Numbered from the stretch's first letter, positions 1 to 11,010 are shown. The stretch: 64,000 nucleotides of DNA from Acidimicrobiia bacterium (GCA_041577335.1 JBFGJH010000010.1:1-64000), one strand, 5' to 3'. Numbers and translations: made by a program. Notes: a model not told the origin generated them from the letters alone.

Positions 1-136
1 CCGTTAGGCGGAAGCGGAGGGGGCGGAGGGGTCACCGGAGGTGGCGCCGACGTTCGTTCTCAGCAAGTGACTCCTGGGTCTCAAGCTGGGTGCGTCTTGA
101 GACGTATGCCTCGCCATTGCGAGGCATACTTACCTC

Positions 137-1147
137 ATGCCTACCAATCCGGGGCCGGAGTTCAAGAAGGCGCAGGCGGCGTTTCGGCGTGCGAAGGATC
201 CGCAGGAACGACTGGATCTGTTGCGCGAGATGCTGAAGGTGCTGCCCAAGCACAAGGGCACCGAGCACCTGCAGGCAGATATCAAATCGAAGATCAAGGA
301 ACTCACCGACGAGCTATCGGGACCCAAGAAGGGTGGTGCCCGCGGCGGGCCACCGACGTCGTTTCGCTCGGAAGGTGCGGGTCAGATCGCGATTGTGGGC
401 CCGCCGAACAGCGGCAAATCGGCGCTGCATGCACGGCTGACCGGGTCGCATACGGCCTCCGAGCCGTATCCCTTCGCGACCCAGTTTCCCCAGCCGGGCA
501 TGTACCCGATCGACGACTCGTCAATCCAGCTCATCGACGTGCCATCGATCTCACCTGAGCACCCCATTCCCTGGCTCGCCAACACACTGCAGCCGGCCGA
601 CGCGTGCCTTTTCGTGGTCGATCTGAGCGCTCCCGGGTGCGTAGAAGAGGCGGCCAGCGTGATCGACATTCTTCGTGAACGGCGGGTCTTTCTCACGCCG
701 ACGTGGCCCCAAGGTGCAGACGTCATCGATGACGACTCGGACCCGTTCGCCAAGGTCCTGCCGACGCTGCTCGTCGCGAACAAGTCCGACCTGCTCGACG
801 ACCCGCTCGGTGAGCTGGCCGTATTGGAAGAACTGGGCGGCTGGACATTCCCCACCGCAGCTGTATCGGTGATATCTGGCGACGGTCTCGAGGATCTTGG
901 CCGCTGGCTCTTTGCATCGTTGGGCGTGGTTCGGATCTACACCAAGCTGCCTGGCGAAGAGCCCGACGGATCTCCTCCCTTCACCATCCGGCGGGGCCAG
1001 ACGATCCACGATCTGGCGTTCCAGATCCACAAAGACGTTGCCCGCGATTTCAAATATGCCCGAGTGTGGGGGTCTCACGCATTCGACGGTCAACAAGTCG
1101 GTCGCGACTACGAGCCGCGAGACGAAGACGTGGTCGAGCTGCATTGA
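137..1147 (+). CDS. DRG/Obg-superfamily GTPase with C-terminal TGS domain
   Basis: G1 GPPNSGKS, G2 YPFAT, G3-like DVPS, G4 NKSD; N-terminal PKHKGTEHL motif typical of DRG; TGS-like tail (IYTK...IHKD..F.YARVWG...GQQVG..DEDVVELH). Confidence 0.85.
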   Translation: MPTNPGPEFKKAQAAFRRAKDPQERLDLLREMLKVLPKHKGTEHLQADIKSKIKELTDELSGPKKGGARGGPPTSFRSEGAGQIAIVGPPNSGKSALHARLTGSHTASEPYPFATQFPQPGMYPIDDSSIQLIDVPSISPEHPIPWLANTLQPADACLFVVDLSAPGCVEEAASVIDILRERRVFLTPTWPQGADVIDDDSDPFAKVLPTLLVANKSDLLDDPLGELAVLEELGGWTFPTAAVSVISGDGLEDLGRWLFASLGVVRIYTKLPGEEPDGSPPFTIRRGQTIHDLAFQIHKDVARDFKYARVWGSHAFDGQQVGRDYEPRDEDVVELH

Positions 1148-1206
1148 TCCTTGGTGCCCGCCGAGTCCTGGGCGCCACGAAGGCCCCCGACGTGTAGCGT
1201 CGGAGG

Positions 1207-3792
1207 ATGGCCCGCAAACCCCGCATCCGCCTCGCTCCCAACGGACCGGTTGTCGTAGAGGATCTCGAAACCTTTGCGGACGGCGACGGCTCACCGCTGG
1301 AGATTCGGGAACGGATGCGGCTGTGCCGGTGCGGCGGATCTTCTTCCAAACCGTTCTGCGATGGCACACACGCCCGGATCGGGTTCTCCGACGCCAAGGG
1401 CGATGACCGGCTCCCCGATGACCGGGAGAACTACCACGGCGACGCGGTCACCATCCACGACAACCGGGCCATCTGCTCACACGCCGGGTATTGCACCGAG
1501 GGACTACCAGCCGTCTGGAAGACGGGCGTAGAACCATGGATCGACCCCGATGGCGCTGAACAGGAGGCCATCGTCGAAGTGATCAAGCTGTGCCCGTCTG
1601 GAGCACTGAGCTTTTCCATCGACGGTGTCGAATCGCGGGACCGGGATCGGCCGCCGGCGATTCAGCTGTCTCCCGACGGGCCCTATCTGGTCACCGGCGG
1701 CGTCGAGATCGAGGGCATCGAATGGCTGGAAGGGGCGTCCCACGAGCACTACACCTTGTGCCGGTGCGGGGCGTCATCCAACAAGCCGTTCTGCGATGGC
1801 AGCCACTGGGCAGTCGGTTTCAAACACGGCGCAGGGGAGAAGCTCTTCCCCGACGAAACCACCAACTGGTACAGAGTCATCGACCCGGCCGACGTCGCCG
1901 AGGGCGAGGTGGCCACGGCACAGGCGGGCACGACTCCGGTGGCCGTGACTCGTGTCGGCGATGCCTACACCGTGCTCGACAATCGGTGTCCCCACCAAGG
2001 TGGCCCGCTCGGCGAAGGCCTCATCGAAGAGGGCTGCCTGCGCTGCCCGTGGCATGGCTGGACGTTCGATCCCACCACCGGCGAATCGATGGACGATCAT
2101 GCTGATCGGGTGCGGACGTATCCGAGCAAGGTCACCGACGAGGGCCTCTTCGCAGCAATCGTTGAACCAACGTCGCACCAGCGGACCGTGTCTGATGTGA
2201 TGGTGGAGACCATGGTCAACTGGGGCGTCACTCATGTGTTTGGCATGGTCGGGCATTCCAACCTCGGGCTGGCCGACGCCTTCCGCCTCTTCGAGGAGTC
2301 AGGCGACCTGACGTACATCGGCATTCGCCACGAGGGGGCTGCTTCCTTCGCGGCGTCGGGATTCGCCAAGCTGACCGGGCGTCCTGCTGCCTGTTTCGGC
2401 ATTGCCGGGCCGGGCTCAACCAACATGCTCACCGGTCTGTGGGACGCCAAGATGGACCGTGCTCCCGTTTTGGCGCTGTGCGGGCAGGTCAACACTCAAG
2501 TCTTCGGCCCGGGAGCATTCCAAGAGGTCGACTTGGCATCCGCCTTTGCACCGGTGTCGGCCTTCTCGCAACTGGTACTACCCAATTCCGACCATGCCGA
2601 GCTGATGGCGCTCGCCCTGAAGACCGCCATTGTCGAGCGTGACGTGGGCAACCTGATCTTCCCAGACGAGGTGCAGAGCATTCCGGCCGATGATCATGTC
2701 CGTGCCTCTTCTCCCGCGGGGCGGATCAGCTCGACGAAGATCCTGCCGCCGAGCGACTCCATCGAGGGCGCCGCGGCCAAGATCGCTGCGGCCGAACACC
2801 CGATCATCATCGTCGGGTATGGGGCAAGGGAGTCGATGCGGGAGATCATCGAACTGGCGGAGCAGCTCGGAGCGCCTGTGGTGACCACGTTCAAAGCCAA
2901 GGGCCAGATCTCCGACGCCCACCCCCTCGCTGGCGGAGTCCTCGGCCGAAGTGGCACCCCCATCGCCAGTTACCTCATGGAGAAAGGCGATCTCCTGGTG
3001 GTGTTCGGCGCGTCGTTCTCCAACCACACCGGAATCGACGAACTGAAAGACATCATCCAGATCGATTTCGATCGAATGGCGCTCGGCAAGTTCCATCCCG
3101 TCACGGTGCCAGTATGGGGCGATGCCGCCGAGGCGGCCCGAATGATCGCCGAGTCGATCCCGGCAGAGAACCACTGTCGTGATCAAACCGACGAAATCGC
3201 CCGCCGTTGGGCGATGTGGCGTGAGGAGAAGCTCAAACGAGCAGGCAAGACGTCGCAGAAGGGTCTGAATTCGGCATCCCTGTTCGCTGTGCTCGCGGAC
3301 GCCATTGACGACGACGCCGTCATTGCTGTCGATGTCGGCAACAACACGTACTCGTTCGGCAGGTATTTCGAGGTGATCGACCAAACGGTCCTGATGTCCG
3401 GCTACTTGGGGTCGATTGGCTTCTCATTCCCCGCAGCAATGGGTGCCTGGGCAGGCGCCGCCGGACGGCAAGTCGTGTCGATCAGCGGCGATGGCGGCTT
3501 CGGGCAATACCTCGCCGAATTCACCACCGCCGTCAAGTACGAAATGAACATCACGCATGTGCTGCTCAACAACAGCGAGTTGGGCAAGATCTCCAAAGAA
3601 CAAAGGGCCGGGGAGTGGCCGGTCTGGCAGACCAGCCTGGTGAACCCCGACTTCGCCGAGTACGCCCAGCTCTGCGGCGGCTACGGAGTCAGAGTCACCG
3701 AAATCTCCGAGCTACCAGGTGCCCTCCGGTCCGCCCTCGATCACGAAGGCCCCGCAATCGTCGAGATCATCACGGCCGCGCTGCTGATCTAG
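1207..3792 (+). CDS. Multi-Fe-S fusion: CDGSH + divergent 4Fe-4S + CDGSH + Rieske + ThDP-dependent pyruvate oxidase/ALS-like enzyme
   Basis: CRCGGSSSKPFCDGTH and CRCGASSNKPFCDGSH; CSHAGYC..CPSGAL; Rieske CPHQGGPL..CPWHGW; RHEGAA and GDGG..N ThDP motifs. Confidence 0.85.
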   Translation: MARKPRIRLAPNGPVVVEDLETFADGDGSPLEIRERMRLCRCGGSSSKPFCDGTHARIGFSDAKGDDRLPDDRENYHGDAVTIHDNRAICSHAGYCTEGLPAVWKTGVEPWIDPDGAEQEAIVEVIKLCPSGALSFSIDGVESRDRDRPPAIQLSPDGPYLVTGGVEIEGIEWLEGASHEHYTLCRCGASSNKPFCDGSHWAVGFKHGAGEKLFPDETTNWYRVIDPADVAEGEVATAQAGTTPVAVTRVGDAYTVLDNRCPHQGGPLGEGLIEEGCLRCPWHGWTFDPTTGESMDDHADRVRTYPSKVTDEGLFAAIVEPTSHQRTVSDVMVETMVNWGVTHVFGMVGHSNLGLADAFRLFEESGDLTYIGIRHEGAASFAASGFAKLTGRPAACFGIAGPGSTNMLTGLWDAKMDRAPVLALCGQVNTQVFGPGAFQEVDLASAFAPVSAFSQLVLPNSDHAELMALALKTAIVERDVGNLIFPDEVQSIPADDHVRASSPAGRISSTKILPPSDSIEGAAAKIAAAEHPIIIVGYGARESMREIIELAEQLGAPVVTTFKAKGQISDAHPLAGGVLGRSGTPIASYLMEKGDLLVVFGASFSNHTGIDELKDIIQIDFDRMALGKFHPVTVPVWGDAAEAARMIAESIPAENHCRDQTDEIARRWAMWREEKLKRAGKTSQKGLNSASLFAVLADAIDDDAVIAVDVGNNTYSFGRYFEVIDQTVLMSGYLGSIGFSFPAAMGAWAGAAGRQVVSISGDGGFGQYLAEFTTAVKYEMNITHVLLNNSELGKISKEQRAGEWPVWQTSLVNPDFAEYAQLCGGYGVRVTEISELPGALRSALDHEGPAIVEIITAALLI

Positions 3793-3904
3793 CAGTCCGC
3801 GTCTCGCGGCTCGCAGTTCGTCGTGTCCAGGTCAATCCCGAATCGCGGATGGCGAGCGACCGGAGAGCTGCCCCAGGCCTGGCCGGTGCGAAACCTCCTC
3901 CGTT

Positions 3905-3933
3905 TTGCGTGCCGACAGCGCTTTCTCTACACT
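3905..3933 (+). promoter_or_regulatory. Sigma70-type promoter of S10 operon
   Basis: TTGCGT-17 bp-TACACT about 200 nt upstream of rpsJ. Confidence 0.6.
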
Positions 3934-4137
3934 TCCGCAGCCGGCTCTTCGCCGGTAGTCCTTACAAGTTGTTACTGGGGCACCCATGTGCGCGTGCCCC
4001 AAAACATCGCGACCAAACCCGTGATGTACTCCGCTCGGAATGGAAAGCGGGGGACCGCTCGCCAGGTGGTGGATCTGACTCCTCGGAGTCGCGTTCCTCT
4101 GCCTGTGCGTGCACTTCCAACCAGATGGGAAGGCACC

Positions 4138-4449
4138 GTGGCAGACGAACAATCCATCAGAATCCGCCTGAAGGCGTATGACCACGAAGTGGTCGACGAG
4201 TCGGCGCGCAAGATCGCCGAGACGGTGATCCGCACCCAGGCCAAGATCAAGGGTCCCATCCCGCTACCGACCAAGATTCACCGGTATTGCGTGATCCGCG
4301 GGCCGCACGTCGACAAGGACTCCCGTGAGCATTTCGAGATGCGCATTCACAAACGCCTCATCGACATCCTCGAGCCCACGCCCAAGACGGTCGAGTCGTT
4401 GATGCGCCTCGACCTTCCTGCTGGTGTCGAAGTGGAGATCAAGACGTGA
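4138..4449 (+). CDS. rpsJ: 30S ribosomal protein S10
   Basis: [33 protein letters not shown] start at 4138 (ORF-track start 3823 is too early). Confidence 0.97.
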   Translation: MADEQSIRIRLKAYDHEVVDESARKIAETVIRTQAKIKGPIPLPTKIHRYCVIRGPHVDKDSREHFEMRIHKRLIDILEPTPKTVESLMRLDLPAGVEVEIKT

Positions 4450-5084
4450 AAACCATCCTCGGAGAGAAGCTTGGCATGACGCAGGTCTTCACCGAAGAAG
4501 CGCGCGCGGTGCCCGTCACCGTCATCAAAGCCGGTCCTTGCACTGTTACGCAGATCAAGACGCCCGAGGTCGACGGCTATTCGGCCATCCAGATCGCTTA
4601 CAAGGAAGTCAAGGCCGGCAAGCTCAACAAGCCGGCGCAGGGCCACTTCGCCAGCGCGGGTGTGTCACCTGCCCGACATCTCCTCGAGTTCCGCATCGAC
4701 GATGTCGGCCCCTTCGAGATCGGGCAGGAAATCACGATTGCGGATGTGCTCGAGAAGGGCCAGAAGGCCGATGTTTCCGGCATTTCCAAGGGCAAGGGCT
4801 TCCAAGGCGTCATGAAGCGCCACAACTTCAAAGGGCAACCGGCCAGCCACGGCGCCCATCGTGTGCATCGTGCTCCTGGATCTATCGGAGCTTGTGCCAC
4901 TCCGGCTCGTGTTTTCAAGGGCAAACGAATGGCCGGCCAGATGGGCGGCGAGCGGGTAACCGTTCTCAATCTCGAAGTTGTCGACGTCGACGTGGAGCGC
5001 GGGCTGCTTCTCCTCGGCGGTGCCGTACCCGGCCCCAAGGGGTCGCTGGTTGCGGTACGAGGGGCGGTGAAGGTCAATGGCTGA
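4446..5084 (+). CDS. rplC: 50S ribosomal protein L3
   Basis: [28 protein letters not shown]; synteny. Confidence 0.98.
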   Translation: MKTILGEKLGMTQVFTEEARAVPVTVIKAGPCTVTQIKTPEVDGYSAIQIAYKEVKAGKLNKPAQGHFASAGVSPARHLLEFRIDDVGPFEIGQEITIADVLEKGQKADVSGISKGKGFQGVMKRHNFKGQPASHGAHRVHRAPGSIGACATPARVFKGKRMAGQMGGERVTVLNLEVVDVDVERGLLLLGGAVPGPKGSLVAVRGAVKVNG

Positions 5085-5760
5085 ACTCAGCGCAGCTCTG
5101 TTTGGGCCCGACGGCAGCGAAAAAGGGGAGATTGCCCTCGATGCCTCGGTCTTTGGAATCGAGCCCAATCTGTCCGTCCTCCATCAGGTCATCACTGCTC
5201 AGCTCGCCGGAGCACGAGCGGGCTCCGCGTCGACCAAAACCCGCGCCGAAGTCCGTGGCGGTGGACGCAAGCCGTGGCGCCAGAAAGGCCTCGGCCGTGC
5301 GCGTCACGGCTCCATCCGCTCCCCGCAATGGGCAGGCGGTGGAGTTGCCCACGGTCCCAAGCCGCGCAGCTACAAGCAGCGAACCCCCAAGAAGATGAAG
5401 CGTCTGGCCCTCTATAGCGCCTTGTCGGCCCGTGCCTCGGAGTCGGCCGTGAAGGTCGTCGAGACGATCGACTGGTCCCAGCCGAAGACGAAATCGGCCA
5501 TCCAGCTGCTCGACGCCATCGGTGCACCTCGCAAGACCCTGGTGGTTTTGGGCGCCGGCGACTCGGTGGCCGAGCTTTCATTCCGCAACATCCCGGGCGT
5601 CCTCATGACACGGCCCGGCCATGTCACGCCGTACGACGTGCTCTGGGCGGAAACCGTGCTGTTCACCACCGATACCCTCGGGGGCGCCGGCGGCACAGGC
5701 ACGTATGCCGTGGCCGGAGATGACTTCGTTCGCGACGACGCCGGAGAGGAGCGATCGTGA
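5077..5760 (+). CDS. rplD: 50S ribosomal protein L4
   Basis: [29 protein letters not shown]. Confidence 0.98.
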   Translation: MAELSAALFGPDGSEKGEIALDASVFGIEPNLSVLHQVITAQLAGARAGSASTKTRAEVRGGGRKPWRQKGLGRARHGSIRSPQWAGGGVAHGPKPRSYKQRTPKKMKRLALYSALSARASESAVKVVETIDWSQPKTKSAIQLLDAIGAPRKTLVVLGAGDSVAELSFRNIPGVLMTRPGHVTPYDVLWAETVLFTTDTLGGAGGTGTYAVAGDDFVRDDAGEERS

Positions 5761-6044
5761 AGAACCCACGCGACATCATCTTTGCGCCGGTCGTCTCAGA
5801 GAAGACCTACGACCTCATTGAACACAACAACACCTACACGTTTGAGGTCGACCGCCGAGCCAACAAGACGGAGATCAAGGAAGCGATCAGAGAGATCTTC
5901 GATGTCTCTGTCGACTCGGTGAACACGATCAACCGTAAGGGCAAGGCCAAAGGTGTGTACTTCAGCCGCGGCAAGCGGAAAGACACCAAAAAGGCCTACG
6001 TGACCCTCGCCGACGGCGAGTCAATAGACATTTTCGGAGTGTGA
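5757..6044 (+). CDS. rplW: 50S ribosomal protein L23
   Basis: [22 protein letters not shown]; synteny. Confidence 0.97.
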   Translation: MKNPRDIIFAPVVSEKTYDLIEHNNTYTFEVDRRANKTEIKEAIREIFDVSVDSVNTINRKGKAKGVYFSRGKRKDTKKAYVTLADGESIDIFGV

Positions 6045-6048
6045 CGCT

Positions 6049-6882
6049 GTGGCGGTAAAGAAACTCAAACCAACTTCGCCAGGGCGTCGCTTCCAGACGG
6101 TGTCGGACTTCTCCGAGATCACCAAGAGCACGCCTGAGAAGTCGCTCGTTGCCAAGAAGGCCAAGACGGCCGGTCGCAACAACAACGGCCGTATCACCTC
6201 GCGCCACCGCGGAGGCGGCCACAAGCGGCGGTACCGGATCATCGACTTTCGTCGTACGAAAGACGGGGTGCCCGCCAAAGTCGCCGCGATCGAGTACGAC
6301 CCCAACCGCAACGCCCGGATCGCTCTTTTGCATTACGTGGATGGTGAGAAGCGCTACATTCTCGCTCCGTTGGGTATCTCGGTGGGCGACATGCTCGAAT
6401 CCGGATCGGGCGCCGATATCCGACCCGGCAACGCTCTTCCGTTGCGAAACATCCCTGCCGGTAGCACGGTGCACGCCATCGAGATGCGGCCAGGGGGCGG
6501 AGCCAAGATCGCACGCGCGGCCGGCACTGCGGTGCAGCTCATGTCGAAGGAGGGCAACAAGGCCCTGCTGCGACTGCCTTCGGGTGAGATGCGGACGGTG
6601 TCGCTCGACTGCCGGGCCACCGTCGGCCAGGTCGGCAATACCGAAGCCGAGCTCATCAAGATCGGCAAGGCCGGTCGGAATCGATGGAAAGGCGTTCGCC
6701 CGCAGACACGTGGTGTGGCCATGAACCCAGTCGATCATCCATTGGGCGGTGGCGAAGGCCGCAGCTCGGGTGGCCGGCATCCGGTCAGCCCGTGGGGCAA
6801 GCCCGAAGGGCGCACTCGCAAGAAGAACAAAGCATCCGATCGGGACATCGTGCGTCGCAGGTCAAAGAAGGGGAAGCGCTGA
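6049..6882 (+). CDS. rplB: 50S ribosomal protein L2
   Basis: [40 protein letters not shown]. Confidence 0.99.
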   Translation: MAVKKLKPTSPGRRFQTVSDFSEITKSTPEKSLVAKKAKTAGRNNNGRITSRHRGGGHKRRYRIIDFRRTKDGVPAKVAAIEYDPNRNARIALLHYVDGEKRYILAPLGISVGDMLESGSGADIRPGNALPLRNIPAGSTVHAIEMRPGGGAKIARAAGTAVQLMSKEGNKALLRLPSGEMRTVSLDCRATVGQVGNTEAELIKIGKAGRNRWKGVRPQTRGVAMNPVDHPLGGGEGRSSGGRHPVSPWGKPEGRTRKKNKASDRDIVRRRSKKGKR

Positions 6883-6996
6883 TGCTTCACCGTCCTCGGC
6901 AATCCCGCACTGCGACGGTTTGCAGAACCTACGGTTCTGCCGTCCGTCCCGCCAGTCGACATTCAGCCAGCACACCAAAGGGCCGGAGGTAGCCAC

Positions 6997-7275
6997 ATGG
7001 CACGCAGTTTGAAGAAAGGGCCCTTCGTTGACGACCACCTCATGGAAAAGGTGGAGGCACTCAACGAGTCGGGCGAAAAGAGAGTCGTGCGCACCTGGAG
7101 TCGACGGTCCACGGTATTCCCGGAGATGGTCGGACACACCATCGCCGTTCACGACGGACGCAAGCACGTCCCCGTGTACATCACAGAATCGATGGTGGGC
7201 CACAAGCTCGGTGAGTTCGCGCCAACGCGAACCTTCCGTGGGCACGCCGGCGATCGGTCAGCGAGGCGGGGATGA
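6997..7275 (+). CDS. rpsS: 30S ribosomal protein S19
   Basis: [25 protein letters not shown]. Confidence 0.99.
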   Translation: MARSLKKGPFVDDHLMEKVEALNESGEKRVVRTWSRRSTVFPEMVGHTIAVHDGRKHVPVYITESMVGHKLGEFAPTRTFRGHAGDRSARRG

Positions 7276-7613
7276 AAGTACGCGCTCAAGCGAAATTCGT
7301 GCGCCAGTCGCCGCAAAAGGTTCGGGCGGTCCTGGACGTCGTTCGCGGTCTGCCCGCCAACGAGGCACTCCAGGTCCTGCAGTTCTCGGAACGACGGGCC
7401 GCAACGCCCGTGCGCAAGGTCGTGCAATCCGCGCTGGCCAACGCCGACAACAACTTTGGTTTTGACGCCGACGAGCTTTTCCTATCGGAGTGCTACGCCG
7501 ACGAGGGCCCGACGCTCAAGCGCTGGCGCCCGCGGGCTCGTGGTCGAGCCACGCCGATCCACAAGCGCACCAGCCACATAACGGTGGTCGTCTCCGACGG
7601 GAACGAGGAGTAG
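7272..7613 (+). CDS. rplV: 50S ribosomal protein L22
   Basis: [31 protein letters not shown]. Confidence 0.98.
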   Translation: MKVRAQAKFVRQSPQKVRAVLDVVRGLPANEALQVLQFSERRAATPVRKVVQSALANADNNFGFDADELFLSECYADEGPTLKRWRPRARGRATPIHKRTSHITVVVSDGNEE

Positions 7614-7616
7614 CCG

Positions 7617-8819
7617 ATGGGACAGAAAACACATCCATACGCATTCCGCCTGGGCGTTGTCACTGACTGGAAGTCGCGTTGGTACAGCGATAAGGAATAC
7701 ACCGACCTCGTCAACGAGGACTGGAAGATCCGCGACTACCTATACGGCGAGCTGCAGCGAGGCGCTGTCTCGCGCATCGAGCTCGAGCGCAGCCGCGGTC
7801 GTGTCGACGTAGAGCTCTACACAGCTCGGCCGGGGGTGGTCATCGGCCGCAAGGGTGCCGAAGCCGACCGACTCAGGGCTGGGCTGGAGAAGCTCACAGG
7901 ACGCCAGGTCAAGCTCAATGTGAACGAGATCAAGGATGCTGAGACCGACGCCAAACTGCTGGCGCGTGGCATCGCCGATCAGATCGTCAACCGGGTCGCG
8001 TTCCGGAGGGCCATGAAGCGTGCCGTGCAAACGGCCATGAAAGCCGGCGCCGAGGGTGTCCGGGTCGAATGCAAAGGCCGCCTCGGCGGAGCTGACATGG
8101 GTCGCCGCGAGTGGTACCGCGAGGGTCGTGTGCCACTTCACACGCTGCGCGCCGACATCGACTACGGCACTGCTACTGCGGCTACGACTGTGGGCGCGAT
8201 CGGTGTCAAGGTCTGGGTCTACAAGGGCGATGTTGTTGGCTCGCACCGGGCAACCCGCCAGAAGATCGAAGCCGAAGCCGCATTGGCGACCGGCGGCCGG
8301 CGAGGTCGGGTTGCTCCAGCCAAATCGCGCGCCGAGCAAGCGGCCGGCGAGGAACGAGTTCCGCGTCTCATCGAGGCCGGTGGTGGCAAGCGCATCATCG
8401 AAGCCGGTGGTGGAAAACGCAAAGAAGACGTTGCCGCGACGCCCGCAGAAGCCAAGTCACAATACGCCGACGCGATCTCTGAGTCGGGAGCAGAGCCTTC
8501 GGAGGAAGCAGTCGAGGTCCCTACGGCGCCCGAGAGCGCGGAGACGCCAACTGAGGCTCCTGTCGCAGCAGGGTCCACGGAGACGGAACCCTCCGCCGCG
8601 GATGCCGTCGGCACCGGTGCCGGTGAAATAAGCCCTGATGGCGAAGACGCCGACACCGAACCGGCCGAGACCGCGAGCGAGGACACTTCAACAGACCCTG
8701 CCAAGGCCGAGGCACCTGACGCAGCTGGCGCGGCAGTCATCACAGCCGCCGACGACGACTCCGACGCGGGAGCCGCCGACGCAAGCGAGGATGCCGACGC
8801 GTCCGAGGAGAGCGAGTGA
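7617..8819 (+). CDS. rpsC: 30S ribosomal protein S3 with long acidic C-terminal extension
   Basis: [34 protein letters not shown]; about 195 extra Ala/Glu/Asp-rich residues. Confidence 0.97.
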   Translation: MGQKTHPYAFRLGVVTDWKSRWYSDKEYTDLVNEDWKIRDYLYGELQRGAVSRIELERSRGRVDVELYTARPGVVIGRKGAEADRLRAGLEKLTGRQVKLNVNEIKDAETDAKLLARGIADQIVNRVAFRRAMKRAVQTAMKAGAEGVRVECKGRLGGADMGRREWYREGRVPLHTLRADIDYGTATAATTVGAIGVKVWVYKGDVVGSHRATRQKIEAEAALATGGRRGRVAPAKSRAEQAAGEERVPRLIEAGGGKRIIEAGGGKRKEDVAATPAEAKSQYADAISESGAEPSEEAVEVPTAPESAETPTEAPVAAGSTETEPSAADAVGTGAGEISPDGEDADTEPAETASEDTSTDPAKAEAPDAAGAAVITAADDDSDAGAADASEDADASEESE

Positions 8820-8823
8820 TCAG

Positions 8824-9237
8824 ATGTTGATGCCAAAGCGGACCAAGTACCGGAAGGTACACCGCGGCCGCCGCCGCGGAACCGCCAAGGGTGGAACCCG
8901 GGTGACCTTCGGCGACTACGGGATCCAGGCCCTGAGCGAGGGGTGGATCACGTCGCGGCAGATCGAATCTGCTCGTGTTGCCATCACGAGGACCATCAAG
9001 CGTGGTGGAAAGGTGTGGATCAACATTTTCCCCGACAAGCCGGTGACGGCGAAGCCTGCCGAGACCCGAATGGGCTCCGGCAAAGGTTCTCCTGAGTTCT
9101 GGGTGGCTGTAGTGAAGCCGGGTCGTGTGATGTTCGAGCTTTCGGGCGTGGACGAGGAAATGGCCAGAGAGGCCATGCGCAAGGCCGGGCACAAGCTGCC
9201 CGTCAAGACCAGATTCGTCGTGCGGGAGGAAGGATGA
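8824..9237 (+). CDS. rplP: 50S ribosomal protein L16
   Basis: [21 protein letters not shown] at 8824. Confidence 0.98.
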   Translation: MLMPKRTKYRKVHRGRRRGTAKGGTRVTFGDYGIQALSEGWITSRQIESARVAITRTIKRGGKVWINIFPDKPVTAKPAETRMGSGKGSPEFWVAVVKPGRVMFELSGVDEEMAREAMRKAGHKLPVKTRFVVREEG

Positions 9238-9464
9238 ACGCCGAACAGCTTCGCGAATTCACCGCCGAGGAGTTGGCGGAGAAGCTTGAAGAGTCCAAAG
9301 AGGAGCTCTTCAACCTCCGCTTCCAGTTGGCCACGAACCAACTGGACAACACTGCCCGAATCAGCCAGGTCAAAAAAGAAATCGCTCGCATTCTCACGGT
9401 GGTGCGCGAGCAGGAATTGGAAGCGTGGGCTGCGTTGCAGGCCGGGCAAGAGGACGGTGCGTAA
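9234..9464 (+). CDS. rpmC: 50S ribosomal protein L29
   Basis: [25 protein letters not shown]. Confidence 0.97.
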   Translation: MNAEQLREFTAEELAEKLEESKEELFNLRFQLATNQLDNTARISQVKKEIARILTVVREQELEAWAALQAGQEDGA

Positions 9465-9721
9465 TGACAGAACGCCTGAGCCGGAAGGTTCGACAGGGCG
9501 TCGTTGTGTCCGAGGCAAGGGACAAAACGATCACGGTGGAGGTGGCCGGCCAGGCCATGCACCGGAAGTACAAAAAGGTCGTCCGGACATCGAAGAAATT
9601 CCATGCTCACGACGAGAACAACGACGCCCACATCGGCGACACCGTTCGCATCGTCGAGACGCGCCCGCTTTCGAAGTCCAAGACGTGGCGCCTCGAAGAG
9701 GTCGTGGAGCGTGCCCGATGA
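9464..9721 (+). CDS. rpsQ: 30S ribosomal protein S17
   Basis: GVVVS..DKTITV, HAHDENN, ETRPLSK.K.WRL; ATG 9464. Confidence 0.97.
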   Translation: MTERLSRKVRQGVVVSEARDKTITVEVAGQAMHRKYKKVVRTSKKFHAHDENNDAHIGDTVRIVETRPLSKSKTWRLEEVVERAR

Positions 9722-10086
9722 TTCAACAAGAAAGCCGGCTGCGCGTCGCCGACAACAGCGGCGCCCGAGAGGTGTTGTGCATCCGGGTCCTGGGTGGCTC
9801 AAAACGTCGATACGCCGGGGTTGGTGACATCATCGTCGCCACCGTCAAGGACGCCATTCCGAACGCCAATGTCAAGAAGGGCGAGGTCGTAAAGGCTGTG
9901 GTTGTCCGCACGGCCAAGGAAAGCCGGCGTCCGGACGGAACCTATATCCGGTTCGACGACAACGCCTGCGTCATCATCGACAACAACCGCCAGCCGCGCG
10001 GCACCCGGATTTTTGGGCCGGTGGCTCGCGAGCTTCGCGATGCCAAGTTCATGCGAATCGTTTCGCTCGCCCCGGAGGTGATCTAG
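9718..10086 (+). CDS. rplN: 50S ribosomal protein L14
   Basis: [34 protein letters not shown]. Confidence 0.99.
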   Translation: MIQQESRLRVADNSGAREVLCIRVLGGSKRRYAGVGDIIVATVKDAIPNANVKKGEVVKAVVVRTAKESRRPDGTYIRFDDNACVIIDNNRQPRGTRIFGPVARELRDAKFMRIVSLAPEVI

Positions 10087-10138
10087 TGCTTCGTCACAGA
10101 ACATTCACCGCGCGCCAAGGCACTACGAAGGAGCACAA

Positions 10139-10441
10139 GTGAAACTGCGTGTTGGGGACACTGTGAAAGTCGTGACCGGTGCTGACATCGGCAAAGAGTC
10201 GAAGATCGCCCGGATCTTCCCCAAAACGGGGAAGATCATCGTGGAGAACGTCGCAACGGCCAAGCGGCATACCCGCCCCTCTCAATCGACGATGCAGGGT
10301 GGAATCATCGACAAGGACATGCCCATCGCGGCGTCCAACGTGATGATCGTGTGCAAGAAATGCGGGCCGACCCGTATCGGATATCGGGTCGAAGGCAACA
10401 AGAAGGTCCGGGTATGCAGGAAGTGCGGGGCGGAGCTATGA
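10139..10441 (+). CDS. rplX: 50S ribosomal protein L24
   Basis: [33 protein letters not shown]. Confidence 0.96.
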   Translation: MKLRVGDTVKVVTGADIGKESKIARIFPKTGKIIVENVATAKRHTRPSQSTMQGGIIDKDMPIAASNVMIVCKKCGPTRIGYRVEGNKKVRVCRKCGAEL

Positions 10442-10998
10442 CGCCGCGACTGAAGACCAAATACACGGAGGAAGTGGCGCCGAAGCTCAAAGAGGATCTC
10501 GGACTCGAGAACGCCATGCAGGTACCGCGCTTGAGCAAGATCGTCGTCAACGTCGGTTGTGGCGAAGCTGTCGCGGACAAGAAGGTGATCGACGCAGTCG
10601 TGCAAGATCTCGCAACGATCACCGGTCAGCAGCCCAAGGTCAACAAAGCTCGCAAGTCCATTGCCAACTTCAAGCTGCGCGAAGGCATGCCGATCGGCGC
10701 CTCCGCAACGCTCCGAGGCGATCGGATGTGGGAGTTCTTCGACCGGCTGGTGGCTGTCGCCATTCCCCGTATCCGGGACTTCCGCGGCCTCAACCCCAAG
10801 TCGTTCGACGGAAGCGGCAACTACACGTTTGGCGTCACCGAACAGCTCATTTTTCCAGAGATCGATTACGACAAGATCGACGCAGTCCGCGGCATGGACA
10901 TAACCATCGTCACGACTGCCGAAACCGACGAACAGGCGAGGGCGCTGCTCGATGCGTTCGGGTTTCCCTTCCGCAAGCAACCCGCCGCTCAGGCCTGA
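10438..10998 (+). CDS. rplE: 50S ribosomal protein L5
   Basis: [34 protein letters not shown]. Confidence 0.99.
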   Translation: MTPRLKTKYTEEVAPKLKEDLGLENAMQVPRLSKIVVNVGCGEAVADKKVIDAVVQDLATITGQQPKVNKARKSIANFKLREGMPIGASATLRGDRMWEFFDRLVAVAIPRIRDFRGLNPKSFDGSGNYTFGVTEQLIFPEIDYDKIDAVRGMDITIVTTAETDEQARALLDAFGFPFRKQPAAQA

Positions 10999-11010
10999 TC
11001 GGAGGATTCC

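Noticed and set aside
1..136. Hairpins and G-rich run at the window start as another repeat copy or a small minus-strand ORF
   Set aside because: Lacks the conserved loops of the element; could be the Pro-rich start of a gene leaving the window and cannot be resolved
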